A stretch of 64,000 nt of DNA, from positions 5,045 to 69,044 of the forward strand of contig CAZERM010000003.1 of assembly GCA_964514555.1 (NCBI GenBank), given 5' to 3'. The position numbers and the translations under genes were made by a program. The notes below the pieces were generated by a model. It saw only the letters and a program-made list of their open reading frames with translations. It searched no databases and was not told the origin of the DNA. This document shows, one piece after another, positions 20,270 through 29,386 of this stretch. The first letter of the stretch is position 1; each line of letters begins with the position of its first letter. The stretch is from an uncultured Lachnospiraceae bacterium (GTDB lineage Bacteria > Bacillota > Clostridia > Oscillospirales > CAG-272).

Positions 20270-21595
20270 ATGAACGGATATAAACGAAAAAGCAAGCTTG
20301 TCAAAAAGGATAAAATATTGAGATTTCGCGAATTTGAGCGCAGGACAGCCGCCTTGGCTCTCGCGTCTTCGTTTGCGATAATGATGTCATCTTGCGGCGC
20401 GGCGCAAGCGCCGAATACGGTTGAAACTTCCGCGCGCTCAAGCATTACGGAGATATCGACGGAAGCGGAAAAGCTTCCGCAGAAAAGCGAAGAAACGACG
20501 CAGGTGATCATCACCGAAGAGCAAACTACTACTATATTTGAATCGACCGAAGCTACAACTCCAAAACCACAGGAGCCGCCGCAACCGACGCTTCCGCCCG
20601 AAACAGAGGAGCCCATCATTCCCGAGGAGCCGAAAAAAGAGGAGACAGAGCCGAAGATAGAGGTCCGCGAAAGCGTGTTTTTCGAAAGCACACCATATCG
20701 CACGATATATATAGACGATGACACGCTTTATGATGACGAAAATATCGTTGAAAACGAGGGCAAAAACGGCAGTATAAAAATAACGATATATTCAACTTAC
20801 ATAGACGGCGTATGGCAGAGCGACAGGTCAAAACGAGAGACGATATCCTTTTCTCAAGAGCGCGTTATAAGGCGCGGAACAAAGGCAAGCACCACCTCCG
20901 AAGAAAAAACTATTACGGAAACTGTTGAAAAATACTCGACAATTTACGAAGAATGTGATACTATGGAAATAGGTACTACCAAAATAAAGACAGAGGGCAA
21001 AGATTCCGTTGCCACAAGGGTCTTCCGATATATATATAAGCACGGCACGCTTTTTGAAACGATACTTATTTCGGAGAGCATCAGCGAGCGAGTTGACGAA
21101 GTGATACTCGTCGGCACGAAGGAACCCGAAAAAAAGGACGATGGTTCGTTCGGTATGCCGTTTAAGGACGCGGCGCACGGAGGCAGGGATTATTCGGTAA
21201 CGCAATATTTCGGCTCCGGGCACAATGCGCTCGATTTCGGCGTTTATTACGGCGAGCCTATCGTATCTTCCATGAGCGGCACTGTCATAGCCGCGTATGA
21301 CGAGGGTCATTTTTCAAAGGACAATATCCTTTGGACATACGGAACATACGTCGTCATACAGCACGAGGGCTACAGGACATATTACGCTCATCTGAGCTCG
21401 CGCACGGTCTCTGTCGGGGATAGGGTGGAAAAAGGGCAGGTCATCGGTCATTCCGGTAACACGGGGCGCGTCAATACGAGCGCACAAGGACCATATGCCG
21501 GAACACACCTGCATTTCGAGATAAGAAAATATAACCCATCGCTCGGCGCATACCACACGGTCGATCCGACTCTTTATTTGCCTTGGTGGAACTGA
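20270..21595 (+). CDS. secreted/lipid-anchored peptidoglycan hydrolase: two G5 domains plus an M23 metallopeptidase domain
   Basis: Start trimmed to MNGYKRK. Signal/lipobox-like AIMMSSCG, a Pro/Glu/Thr linker, two G5-like repeats ending in RRGTK/LVGTK, and M23 motifs HNALDF...HLHFEIR. Confidence 0.8.
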   Translation: MNGYKRKSKLVKKDKILRFREFERRTAALALASSFAIMMSSCGAAQAPNTVETSARSSITEISTEAEKLPQKSEETTQVIITEEQTTTIFESTEATTPKPQEPPQPTLPPETEEPIIPEEPKKEETEPKIEVRESVFFESTPYRTIYIDDDTLYDDENIVENEGKNGSIKITIYSTYIDGVWQSDRSKRETISFSQERVIRRGTKASTTSEEKTITETVEKYSTIYEECDTMEIGTTKIKTEGKDSVATRVFRYIYKHGTLFETILISESISERVDEVILVGTKEPEKKDDGSFGMPFKDAAHGGRDYSVTQYFGSGHNALDFGVYYGEPIVSSMSGTVIAAYDEGHFSKDNILWTYGTYVVIQHEGYRTYYAHLSSRTVSVGDRVEKGQVIGHSGNTGRVNTSAQGPYAGTHLHFEIRKYNPSLGAYHTVDPTLYLPWWN

Positions 21596-21623
21596 ATATT
21601 ATAACAAAAAAGGAATTATACTC

Positions 21624-23909
21624 ATGGTAGAAATTTCGAAGAAGAAGAGCTACGGTCATTTTGCAAAAAATGGCGAAACATTTGTTATCACAGATGTTGA
21701 AACTCCCAGACATTGGTACAACTACTTTTTTAACAACGAATATGTTGCGTTCACATCTCAGGTAGGTGTTGGCGAAGGCTTGGCTCAGGACAGCATGGGC
21801 AGAAGAATCTTCCTCGTTTCAAACAGAAACGTATTCCTCAAATCTGCAGACAAGGCATGGAGCCTTTTCGGCTTGCCGATAAACTACGGCTACACAGATT
21901 ACTCCTGCGCTCATGAAAACGGCGCAAGCACGATCTCTCTTACATATGAAGGCGTAAAGAGCGCCGTTCGCATCTTCGTTCCCAACGAAGGCAAATATGA
22001 GATCTGGAGCGTTACGGCGGAAAACACAACTTCCGAAGCAAAAGAACTTTCCGTTATCGCTTACGCTAAAACAGAGATAGACGGCACATACAGACCCCAG
22101 TGCTATAACCTTGCAAAAGGCGGCTTTATGGCTGACAAGAACGCAGTATACGGTCATGCATACGGCGCATTCGAATCCAAAGGCAACCGCGATATTTGGG
22201 GATATATGTCCTCCTCCGAAAAAGCTGACGGATACGACGCTCGCCGCAACGCATTTATCGGACCTTTCGGCGATGAACAGCACCCTGTTGCAATAACCAA
22301 GATGCTCGGTTGCCAGAACTCCGATTGCAACTCCGAAAAGCTCTGCTATGCGCTCGAAAATAAGATAACTCTCGCTCCCGGTGAAAAGAAAACTGTTCAT
22401 TATCTTGTAGGCGCGGCTATCTCCTTGGATGAGATCAAGACTCCCACAGCGGAATTTGCCGAGAAAGCTTTCGCAGATATGAAAGCAAAATATGAAAACG
22501 ACCTTTCCGGCGTTGAGATCAAGACTCCTATGGAGGACCTTGATAACCTCGTAAACGGTTGGCTCAAATATGCGGCTGACATGGGCAGCCGTTGGGCGCG
22601 CGTAAGACATAACGGCTACCGCGACCTTACAAGCGATACGGAATGTTTCGCTTCCGTAAACCCCAAACTCGCTTGGGAAAGAATCAAACGTATCCTTTCT
22701 TTCCAGTATGACACGGGTTATGCACCCCGTACATTCATCGACGGCTCTATCAGAGACCGTAACTTTGCGGATAACACAGTATGGCTTGCTTCCGCTGTTG
22801 CCACTATCGTTAAAGAGATAGGCGACAAAGACCTTCTCCTCGAAGAAGTTCCTTTCAACAACGGCACTGTTGCAACAGTCTACGAGCATATCCGCCGCAG
22901 TGTGGACTTCCTCTTCAACTTCCAGGGCCTTTACGGTCTTGTTAAGATCTGGGGCGGCGACTGGAACGACTGCGTAAACTATGCAGGTCTTGAAGGCAAG
23001 GGTGTTTCCGTATGGCTCTCTATCGCTTGGTGCTATGCAAACAAACGCTTCGGCGAACTTGCAAAGATACTCGGCAAAGATGAAGATGCTAAACTTTCCG
23101 CAGAACGCGGCAAGATCATGGCAGACCGCATCGAAGAATACGGCAGAGATAAAGAAGCAGGATACTACATCTACGCTCGCACAGATGACGATATCATCAT
23201 GGGCGCACACGATTGCGAAGAAGGTCAGATATTCCTCATCTCTCAGCTCTGGTCTGTATTCGCAGGCTTGGAAAATGCCGCAGAAGCTATGGATAAAGCA
23301 GAAGAGATACTCGAAACACCTATCGGTATCCGTCTTGCTTACCCTGCATATTCTCATCAGTACAGCTACATAGGCTCCATGGCTGAAAAAGAACCCGGCG
23401 TACAGGATAACGGCGGTATCTATTTGCATCCTTCCGCATGGAAACTTGCGGTAGACTCCTTGCTCCGCAGACCCGACAGAGTTGAAGAAGGCATCAAGAA
23501 GATGCTTCCCGGCAACCACGAATACGGCGAAACTTGCGGCGAACCTTACGCTATGTACAACTCATACTTTGCTCCCGAAACAGGCTACCGCATGGGTACG
23601 CCCGGACAGAGCTGGAGAACGGCGTCCAGCTCTTGGATGCTCAAATCCATGGTAGAGTATGTATTCGGTATGCACGCCGAAATGGAAGGTTTGAGGATCG
23701 AACCCTGCTTGCCTCTCTCTTGGAATAATTCTTCCATCAAGAAAGTATTCCGCGATTGCGTATATGATGTTCGCTTTACTTGCGACGGCACAGGCTCCGA
23801 CGTTGTTTGCATGAAAGTAAACGGCGAAGAAGTTCACTACGACCGCAACATCGTTCCCGCAAGACCCGGCGAAACTCTTGTTGTAGAAGTTTGCCTTGGC
23901 AAAAAATAA
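21624..23909 (+). CDS. GH94-like glycoside phosphorylase (cellobiose/chitobiose phosphorylase superfamily)
   Basis: 761 aa. GGDWNDC and QDNGGIYLHPSAW resemble the catalytic-region motifs of GH94, and YRDLTSD resembles the phosphate-site region. Substrate unknown. Confidence 0.6.
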   Translation: MVEISKKKSYGHFAKNGETFVITDVETPRHWYNYFFNNEYVAFTSQVGVGEGLAQDSMGRRIFLVSNRNVFLKSADKAWSLFGLPINYGYTDYSCAHENGASTISLTYEGVKSAVRIFVPNEGKYEIWSVTAENTTSEAKELSVIAYAKTEIDGTYRPQCYNLAKGGFMADKNAVYGHAYGAFESKGNRDIWGYMSSSEKADGYDARRNAFIGPFGDEQHPVAITKMLGCQNSDCNSEKLCYALENKITLAPGEKKTVHYLVGAAISLDEIKTPTAEFAEKAFADMKAKYENDLSGVEIKTPMEDLDNLVNGWLKYAADMGSRWARVRHNGYRDLTSDTECFASVNPKLAWERIKRILSFQYDTGYAPRTFIDGSIRDRNFADNTVWLASAVATIVKEIGDKDLLLEEVPFNNGTVATVYEHIRRSVDFLFNFQGLYGLVKIWGGDWNDCVNYAGLEGKGVSVWLSIAWCYANKRFGELAKILGKDEDAKLSAERGKIMADRIEEYGRDKEAGYYIYARTDDDIIMGAHDCEEGQIFLISQLWSVFAGLENAAEAMDKAEEILETPIGIRLAYPAYSHQYSYIGSMAEKEPGVQDNGGIYLHPSAWKLAVDSLLRRPDRVEEGIKKMLPGNHEYGETCGEPYAMYNSYFAPETGYRMGTPGQSWRTASSSWMLKSMVEYVFGMHAEMEGLRIEPCLPLSWNNSSIKKVFRDCVYDVRFTCDGTGSDVVCMKVNGEEVHYDRNIVPARPGETLVVEVCLGKK

Positions 23910-23933
23910 TATAATTTGAATCATTCAAATGTG

Positions 23934-23970
23934 GCTCCGACAAACACCATGTCGGAGCCGTTTGTTTGCT
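23934..23970 (+). terminator. intrinsic terminator after the GH94-like gene
   Basis: GGCTCCGAC-loop-GTCGGAGCC followed by a T-rich tract. Confidence 0.75.
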
Positions 23971-24067
23971 TCTTTTGCGCGCTTTAATAAAAGTTTGGTC
24001 AAAGCGAAAAATTTTATAAAATGTCCCACGTGGGATTAAAAGGAAGCGACAAAATGCGACGAAAATA

Positions 24068-24096
24068 TTGACAAATTTGACTGTTAATGATACACT
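24068..24096 (+). promoter_or_regulatory. promoter of the cps-like module
   Basis: TTGACA, 17 nt, TGaTACACT (extended -10). Confidence 0.45.
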
Positions 24097-24111
24097 AATA
24101 GTAAAATATAG

Positions 24112-24147
24112 AATAATCTATCCCTATTAAATAATCTATCCCTATTA
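24112..24147 (+). repeat. perfect 18-bp tandem duplication in the cps leader
   Basis: AATAATCTATCCCTATTA occurs twice head-to-tail, between the putative promoter and the cpsC-like start. Confidence 0.95.
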
Positions 24148-24282
24148 TTTATAATAGAATGATGGATTTTTGAGCAACTGAAATCATGTCCTTCAAAATA
24201 CCTTATATTTCCGCGAATATTTGCTGTTTTGGAGGATATAAATGTCTATAAGACAATAATTTTTATTTTTAAGGAGAAAGAC

Positions 24283-25011
24283 ATGGATAACAACAGAGAA
24301 GAAACCACCATTGATCTTGTGCAGATCTTGAAGATGTTTTGGAAGAAAGCATGGGTGATCGCCATCGCCGGTGTACTCGCTGCCGCTATCGGATTTTTTG
24401 CGGCTGCCGTATTGATCGCTCCTACATATTCTTCGTCCATTTTAGTATATGTAAACAACAGAACAACGAGCACAGGTGCTCAGACAACATCCGACATTGC
24501 GGCATCCCAGAGCTTGGTTAAATCATATCAGGAAATACTCAAGAGCCGTACAACATTGGAAGAAGTAATAGATAAAGCTTATCTCGGTTATACGACAAGA
24601 GAGTTGTCAGGCATGATCTCCGCTTCCGCTTCCAACAACACAGAATTTATGAAAGTTACAGTTACTTCGACAGACGCTTACGAAGCGGCTGATATTGCAA
24701 ACTGCATCGCGGATATACTCCCCGCAAGAATTGCGGACATCGTTGAAGGCTCATCTACAAAGATCATAGACAGAGCTGTTGTAAACACAAATAAAGTCGG
24801 TCCCAGCGTTACAAAATATACGGCGATAGGCTTTATTTTGGGCGTTGTTGCGGCAATGGCTGTTTTGTGTCTCCTTGTTATATTCGATAAAACTATACCC
24901 GGCGAAGACTACTTGCGCCAGAATTACGATTTCCCGATATTGGCTAATATCCCCGACTTGACAGCTGAGGATAACAAACGCTATTCATACTACAAACAGA
25001 GCAACAGATAA
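24283..25011 (+). CDS. cpsC: Wzz/CpsC-type chain-length determinant (tyrosine kinase transmembrane modulator)
   Basis: Start trimmed to MDNNREETTIDLVQILKMFWKKAW, with an AAGGAG RBS. Two TM helices flank an external domain. Directly upstream of the BY-kinase gene. Confidence 0.8.
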   Translation: MDNNREETTIDLVQILKMFWKKAWVIAIAGVLAAAIGFFAAAVLIAPTYSSSILVYVNNRTTSTGAQTTSDIAASQSLVKSYQEILKSRTTLEEVIDKAYLGYTTRELSGMISASASNNTEFMKVTVTSTDAYEAADIANCIADILPARIADIVEGSSTKIIDRAVVNTNKVGPSVTKYTAIGFILGVVAAMAVLCLLVIFDKTIPGEDYLRQNYDFPILANIPDLTAEDNKRYSYYKQSNR

Positions 25012-25031
25012 TTTAGGGGGAATAAGCTAAA

Positions 25032-25787
25032 ATGAATTTGTTCAAAAAGAAATCAAACAAAAAAGTTTCCGCAAAGACAAACCCCGCTACATTGTGCGAC
25101 GGTTTGAAATTCACCGCATTGGAACAGTATAAGATACTCAGAAGCAACCTTTCTTTCACTCTTCCCGATGACGTAAAATGCCCCATCATAGGCATTACAA
25201 GTGCTATACAAGGAGACTGCAAGAGCACAACGGCAATAAACCTTGCTTACGTTCTTGCGGAAGACAAAAAGAGAGTTCTCCTCATTGACGGCGACCTTCG
25301 TCTTTCTTCCATCGCAAAAAAGATGAACATCCCCAATAAATGCGGTTTTACGGACTATTTGACAAGCAAAAACACTATCACATCCATCCAGACGTTCAAG
25401 AGCGACAATGGTGTTATGGAAAACTTCCACATCATTCCCAATGGCAAGATACCCCCGAACCCCTCTGAACTTTTGAGTTCCGCAAGAACACAGAGATTCC
25501 TTGAAAGCGTAAAAGATTCTTATGACTATATAATCGTTGACTTGCCCCCCGTAAACATCGTTTCAGATGCTTTGGCAATATCCAAATATCTTACGGGCAT
25601 GATCCTCGTTGTACGCGAGGGCAGCACGGAAAAGAAGGAATTTGAACGTATGGCAAGACAGATCAAACAGTCAAATGTAAATGTCCTCGGTTGCGTCATC
25701 ACAGATGCAAAAGCAGGACAGAGCTACTATAAAAAATATTACGGCTACGGATATTACGGTTCTACTTACAAAGGAAGCAGAAAATGA
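25032..25787 (+). CDS. cpsD: CpsD/CapB-type bacterial tyrosine kinase (variant P-loop)
   Basis: Walker A' VLLIDGDLR, Walker B IIVDLPP, and a C-terminal Tyr cluster YYKKYYGYGYYGSTY. Walker A reads SAIQGDCKST, with Cys where the invariant Gly normally sits. Confidence 0.8.
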   Translation: MNLFKKKSNKKVSAKTNPATLCDGLKFTALEQYKILRSNLSFTLPDDVKCPIIGITSAIQGDCKSTTAINLAYVLAEDKKRVLLIDGDLRLSSIAKKMNIPNKCGFTDYLTSKNTITSIQTFKSDNGVMENFHIIPNGKIPPNPSELLSSARTQRFLESVKDSYDYIIVDLPPVNIVSDALAISKYLTGMILVVREGSTEKKEFERMARQIKQSNVNVLGCVITDAKAGQSYYKKYYGYGYYGSTYKGSRK

Positions 25788-26485
25788 TAGACTGGCATGC
25801 TCATGTTCTTCCCGGTATAGATGACGGAAGCCGCGATATTGACGAAAGTCTTGCGTTGCTCGATTCTTTGTCCGCGCAGGGAATAGATTGTGTAATAGCT
25901 ACACCTCATTTTTACGCGAATCAGAACAGCGTAGATGAATTTTTGACAAAAAGAGCCGAAGCTTATAAAAAGCTGAAGCTTTCAAAAAAAGCCGATGCGC
26001 CGACGGTACTGTGCGGTGCAGAGGTGAAATATTATCAGGGCATAAGCAATCTCGAGGGCTTGGAAAGGCTTAAGATAGGCTCTACGGATATGCTTTTGCT
26101 TGAGATGCCGTTCCATAAATGGAGTGAATCCGTTATAAGCGAAGTATCTGAGCTTGCTTCTGACAGCAGCATGACCATCATTTTGGCGCATATAGAAAGA
26201 TATATGCAATATAATGATATGGATGTGATCGAAAACTTTGCGGCAAACGGCATCTTGATGCAGTCTAACGCAAGCTTTTTCAACGAATTCGGCAGCAGAA
26301 GAAAAGCTTTAAAGCTTTTGGAAAGCGGCATGATAAGCTTTGTCGGCTCGGATTGCCACAATATGACGAGCCGTCCGCCTCATATTGATACAGCTTTTGA
26401 ACATATCAAAAAGAGATTTGGTGAGGAAATCCTTTACGATATGTACGAAAACGGCTGCAAAGCTCTTTTAAAACAACATTCTTAA
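25784..26485 (+). CDS. cpsB: CpsB-type PHP-family phosphotyrosine phosphatase
   Basis: MIDWHAHVLPGIDDG...HIERY...SDCHN..SRPP motifs. 4-nt overlap with the cpsD-like stop. Confidence 0.85.
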   Translation: MIDWHAHVLPGIDDGSRDIDESLALLDSLSAQGIDCVIATPHFYANQNSVDEFLTKRAEAYKKLKLSKKADAPTVLCGAEVKYYQGISNLEGLERLKIGSTDMLLLEMPFHKWSESVISEVSELASDSSMTIILAHIERYMQYNDMDVIENFAANGILMQSNASFFNEFGSRRKALKLLESGMISFVGSDCHNMTSRPPHIDTAFEHIKKRFGEEILYDMYENGCKALLKQHS

Positions 26486-26515
26486 AAAATACATACAAAG
26501 TTGGGACTGATATCT

Positions 26516-28588
26516 ATGAATAACAACAATGTAAATAACGAAAAAGCAGGGAGGCGGAGCGTAGCGCCCAAAGGCAAAGCAAAGCACTTGACCGTTGCGA
26601 TATTGATCGCCATTTATGACCTTTTGGTCATCAACGGAGCATATTTCTTGGCGCTTTGGTTGCGATTCGATTGCAGTTACACTGCAATACCGAATGAATT
26701 TTTGATGGCTTGGCTCAAGTTTGCGCCTGTAAACACGATATTGACGCTCTCGGTGTTCAAGCTTCTCCACCTTTACAGAAGCATTTGGAAGTTTGCAAGC
26801 TACAATGAATTGAAACGCGCTTTTTTTGCCGTTTTGATGACATCCGCAGTTCATTCCGTAGGCATAACGGCGCTCTTTACAAAGATGCCCATGTCCTATT
26901 ACTTCGTAGGCGCAATATTTGAATTCGTGCTTGTCATCGGCATTCGTTTTTCCTACCGTTTTGTGCTCTTGGAAAGAAGCAAGAGGCAGAAAGTTATGGC
27001 AAGCCGCGTAATGCTCATCGGTGCGGGTTCCGCGGGTCAGATGATCTTGCGCGATATCCACAATTCAAGCGAAGTAAACGAAGTCGTTTGCTGTATCATC
27101 GACGATGACAGATCAAAATGGGGCAGCTATATCGACGGTGTTAAAGTCGTTGGCGGCAGAGATGATATCCTTCTCAATGTTGAAAAATTCAAGATAGAAA
27201 AGATATACCTTGCGCTTCCCAGCGTAAGCGCAGTAGAGCAGCGCGACATTTTGAACATCTGCAAAGAAACAAATTGCGAGCTTAAAAAATTGCCCGGTAT
27301 ATTTCAGTTCGTTACAGGCGCTGTTACCGCAAATTCCATGAAAAAAGTTGCCATCGAAGACCTTCTCGGCAGAGATCCTATCAGAGTTCAGATGGACGAG
27401 ATATATGACTTTATCGCAGGCAAAGTTATCATGGTTACTGGCGGCGGCGGTTCCATCGGCAGCGAGCTTTGCCGTCAGATAGCAAAGCATAACCCCAAAC
27501 AGCTTATCGTTTTCGATATCTACGAAAACAATGCTCACGCTATCCAGCTTGAGCTTCGCGATAAATATCCTCATTTGAACCTTGAGGTATTGATTGGCTC
27601 CGTGCGCGACAGCAAACGCATAAATCAGGTGTTTGCACAGTATAAGCCCGAGGTAGTTTACCATGCGGCGGCGCACAAACACGTTCCGCTTATGGAAGAC
27701 AGCCCCTGCGAATCGATCAAAAACAATGCGATAGGTACATATAAGACAGCTTATGCCGCTATGGCAAACGGTTGTAAGAGATTTGTTCTCATTTCCACGG
27801 ATAAAGCGGTAAACCCGACAAATATCATGGGTGCTTCCAAGCGCCTTTGCGAAATGATCATCCAGTCCTTCGCAAAGAAGATAGCGGAAGGCAAAGCAGA
27901 CGAATTGTGTCCGCTCCATGTTCATTCGGAAGATGAATACGGCACTCTCCGTGATATCGCTTGCGATATCAAAGACGCAAAAACAGAATTTGTTGCTGTT
28001 CGTTTCGGCAACGTCCTCGGAAGCAACGGTTCCGTTATCCCGAGATTTAAAGAGCAGATAGAAAAGGGCGGTCCCGTTACGGTAACTCACCCCGACATCA
28101 TCCGCTACTTTATGACTATTCCGGAAGCGGCTTCTCTCGTTTTGCAGGCAGGTACATATGCAAAAGGCGGCGAGATATTCGTACTTGATATGGGTTCTCC
28201 AGTTAAGATAGACACTCTCGCAAGAAACTTGATAAAGCTTTCCGGCTTGCAGCCCGATGTTGATATCAAGATCGAATATACAGGTCTTCGTCCCGGTGAA
28301 AAACTTTACGAAGAAAAGCTTATGTCCGAAGAAGGCATGAGAACCACACCCAATAAGCTCATTCATATCGGCAGCCCCATTCCTTTTGATGAGGATAAGT
28401 TCCTCGGTCAGCTCCAGGATCTTATGAAGGCGGCTTACGATGGTCGCAACGATATCATCCGCGACCTTGTTTCGAACGTTGTTCCCACATATCATCCCGC
28501 AGGTGCCCACGGCACAGAGCATAAAGGCGAAGCCTTTAAGGAACAGATGAAGATAGTTGAACAGCACGATGCACAGATGAGTAAATAA
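26516..28588 (+). CDS. capD: membrane-anchored polysaccharide biosynthesis protein CapD/EpsC family (NDP-sugar 4,6-dehydratase/epimerase)
   Basis: N-terminal TM helices followed by an SDR Rossmann fold, VTGGGGSIGSEL. The start is uncertain: ATG at 26516 or TTG at 26501. Confidence 0.8.
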   Translation: MNNNNVNNEKAGRRSVAPKGKAKHLTVAILIAIYDLLVINGAYFLALWLRFDCSYTAIPNEFLMAWLKFAPVNTILTLSVFKLLHLYRSIWKFASYNELKRAFFAVLMTSAVHSVGITALFTKMPMSYYFVGAIFEFVLVIGIRFSYRFVLLERSKRQKVMASRVMLIGAGSAGQMILRDIHNSSEVNEVVCCIIDDDRSKWGSYIDGVKVVGGRDDILLNVEKFKIEKIYLALPSVSAVEQRDILNICKETNCELKKLPGIFQFVTGAVTANSMKKVAIEDLLGRDPIRVQMDEIYDFIAGKVIMVTGGGGSIGSELCRQIAKHNPKQLIVFDIYENNAHAIQLELRDKYPHLNLEVLIGSVRDSKRINQVFAQYKPEVVYHAAAHKHVPLMEDSPCESIKNNAIGTYKTAYAAMANGCKRFVLISTDKAVNPTNIMGASKRLCEMIIQSFAKKIAEGKADELCPLHVHSEDEYGTLRDIACDIKDAKTEFVAVRFGNVLGSNGSVIPRFKEQIEKGGPVTVTHPDIIRYFMTIPEAASLVLQAGTYAKGGEIFVLDMGSPVKIDTLARNLIKLSGLQPDVDIKIEYTGLRPGEKLYEEKLMSEEGMRTTPNKLIHIGSPIPFDEDKFLGQLQDLMKAAYDGRNDIIRDLVSNVVPTYHPAGAHGTEHKGEAFKEQMKIVEQHDAQMSK

Positions 28589-28601
28589 AAAACGATATAA
28601 G

Positions 28602-28640
28602 GTCCGCAGAAATTTATTGTTTTTCTGCGGACTTTGTGTT
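28602..28640 (+). terminator. intrinsic terminator after capD
   Basis: GTCCGCAGAAA-loop-TTTCTGCGGAC followed by TTT. Confidence 0.75.
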
Positions 28641-28681
28641 ATAATGTTAAGTAAAAAAATGGAATTATAGCGGAGGAACGT

Positions 28682-29161
28682 GTGAAAATTGCAAAACGTA
28701 TCATCTTCTCTTGCGTGCTTGTCATATTGGCAACGGCATTTATATTCAGCAATTCGTTGAAAAACGGCGAACAATCGAATAAAGACAGCGGAGTTATAGA
28801 AGAAGTTGTGGAACCTATCATAATCGGCATAACTCATGACCCAAACACGGATGTTAACTTTATCGTGCGCAAAGGCGCGCACCTCACGGAATTTTGCGTT
28901 TTGGGCATAACGGTGATGTGTACGGTCTTGGCGGTGTATACTCGCTTCGGCAAAAAGATAATGGGATATGGATTTTTCTATGTGCTTGCTGTTGCGGTTA
29001 CGGACGAATTCATCCAAAGTTTTTCGGACAGAACAAGCTCTGTGCGCGATGTGTTGATAGATTTTACAGGCTCGATGATAGGATTTTTGCTCGTTTTCGC
29101 CGTTGTAAGCATAATAATGCTTTATAAAAAGAAGCATTTGGCGCAAAAAAAGGATACATAA
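28682..29161 (+). CDS. VanZ-like family membrane protein
   Basis: 159 aa, GTG start with a GGAGG RBS. RKGAHLTEF...DEFIQSF...DVLID pattern. Confidence 0.7.
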   Translation: MKIAKRIIFSCVLVILATAFIFSNSLKNGEQSNKDSGVIEEVVEPIIIGITHDPNTDVNFIVRKGAHLTEFCVLGITVMCTVLAVYTRFGKKIMGYGFFYVLAVAVTDEFIQSFSDRTSSVRDVLIDFTGSMIGFLLVFAVVSIIMLYKKKHLAQKKDT

Positions 29162-29167
29162 ATATAA

Positions 29168-29206
29168 AAAGCTCTCGCAAATAAAAATGCGAGAGCTTTG
29201 CTTTTA
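29168..29206 (+). terminator. intrinsic terminator after the vanZ-like gene
   Basis: AAAGCTCTCGCA-loop-TGCGAGAGCTTT followed by GCTTTT. Confidence 0.75.
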
Positions 29207-29386
29207 TCAGCGAAGTTTTCCGCAAATATGTGGAAAACCTCAAGAAAAAGTCAATATTTCAAAAGTATTTTCATATATTTTCATATATTCTATATTGAAA
29301 AGCGATATATGTTGTGCTAAAATAAATTTAGACATGGTGATGATATCGTGTCAAATATCGATTATCAAGAAAACGGAGGATTTTTT

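Noticed and set aside
23690-23715. tRNA-like T-arm string (GGATCGAACCC).
   Set aside because: It lies in frame inside the GH94-like CDS (GLRIEPCL), and no acceptor or anticodon arms can be folded around it.
24112-24147. Possible CRISPR-like or minisatellite array.
   Set aside because: There are only two directly abutting 18-bp units with no spacers, and no cas genes in the window.
29269-29288. A tandem 10-mer, TTTCATATAT x2, upstream of the mgsA promoter.
   Set aside because: It is AT-rich low-complexity sequence adjacent to a -35 region and is plausibly a chance occurrence or an UP-element-like tract. That is not enough to propose a function.
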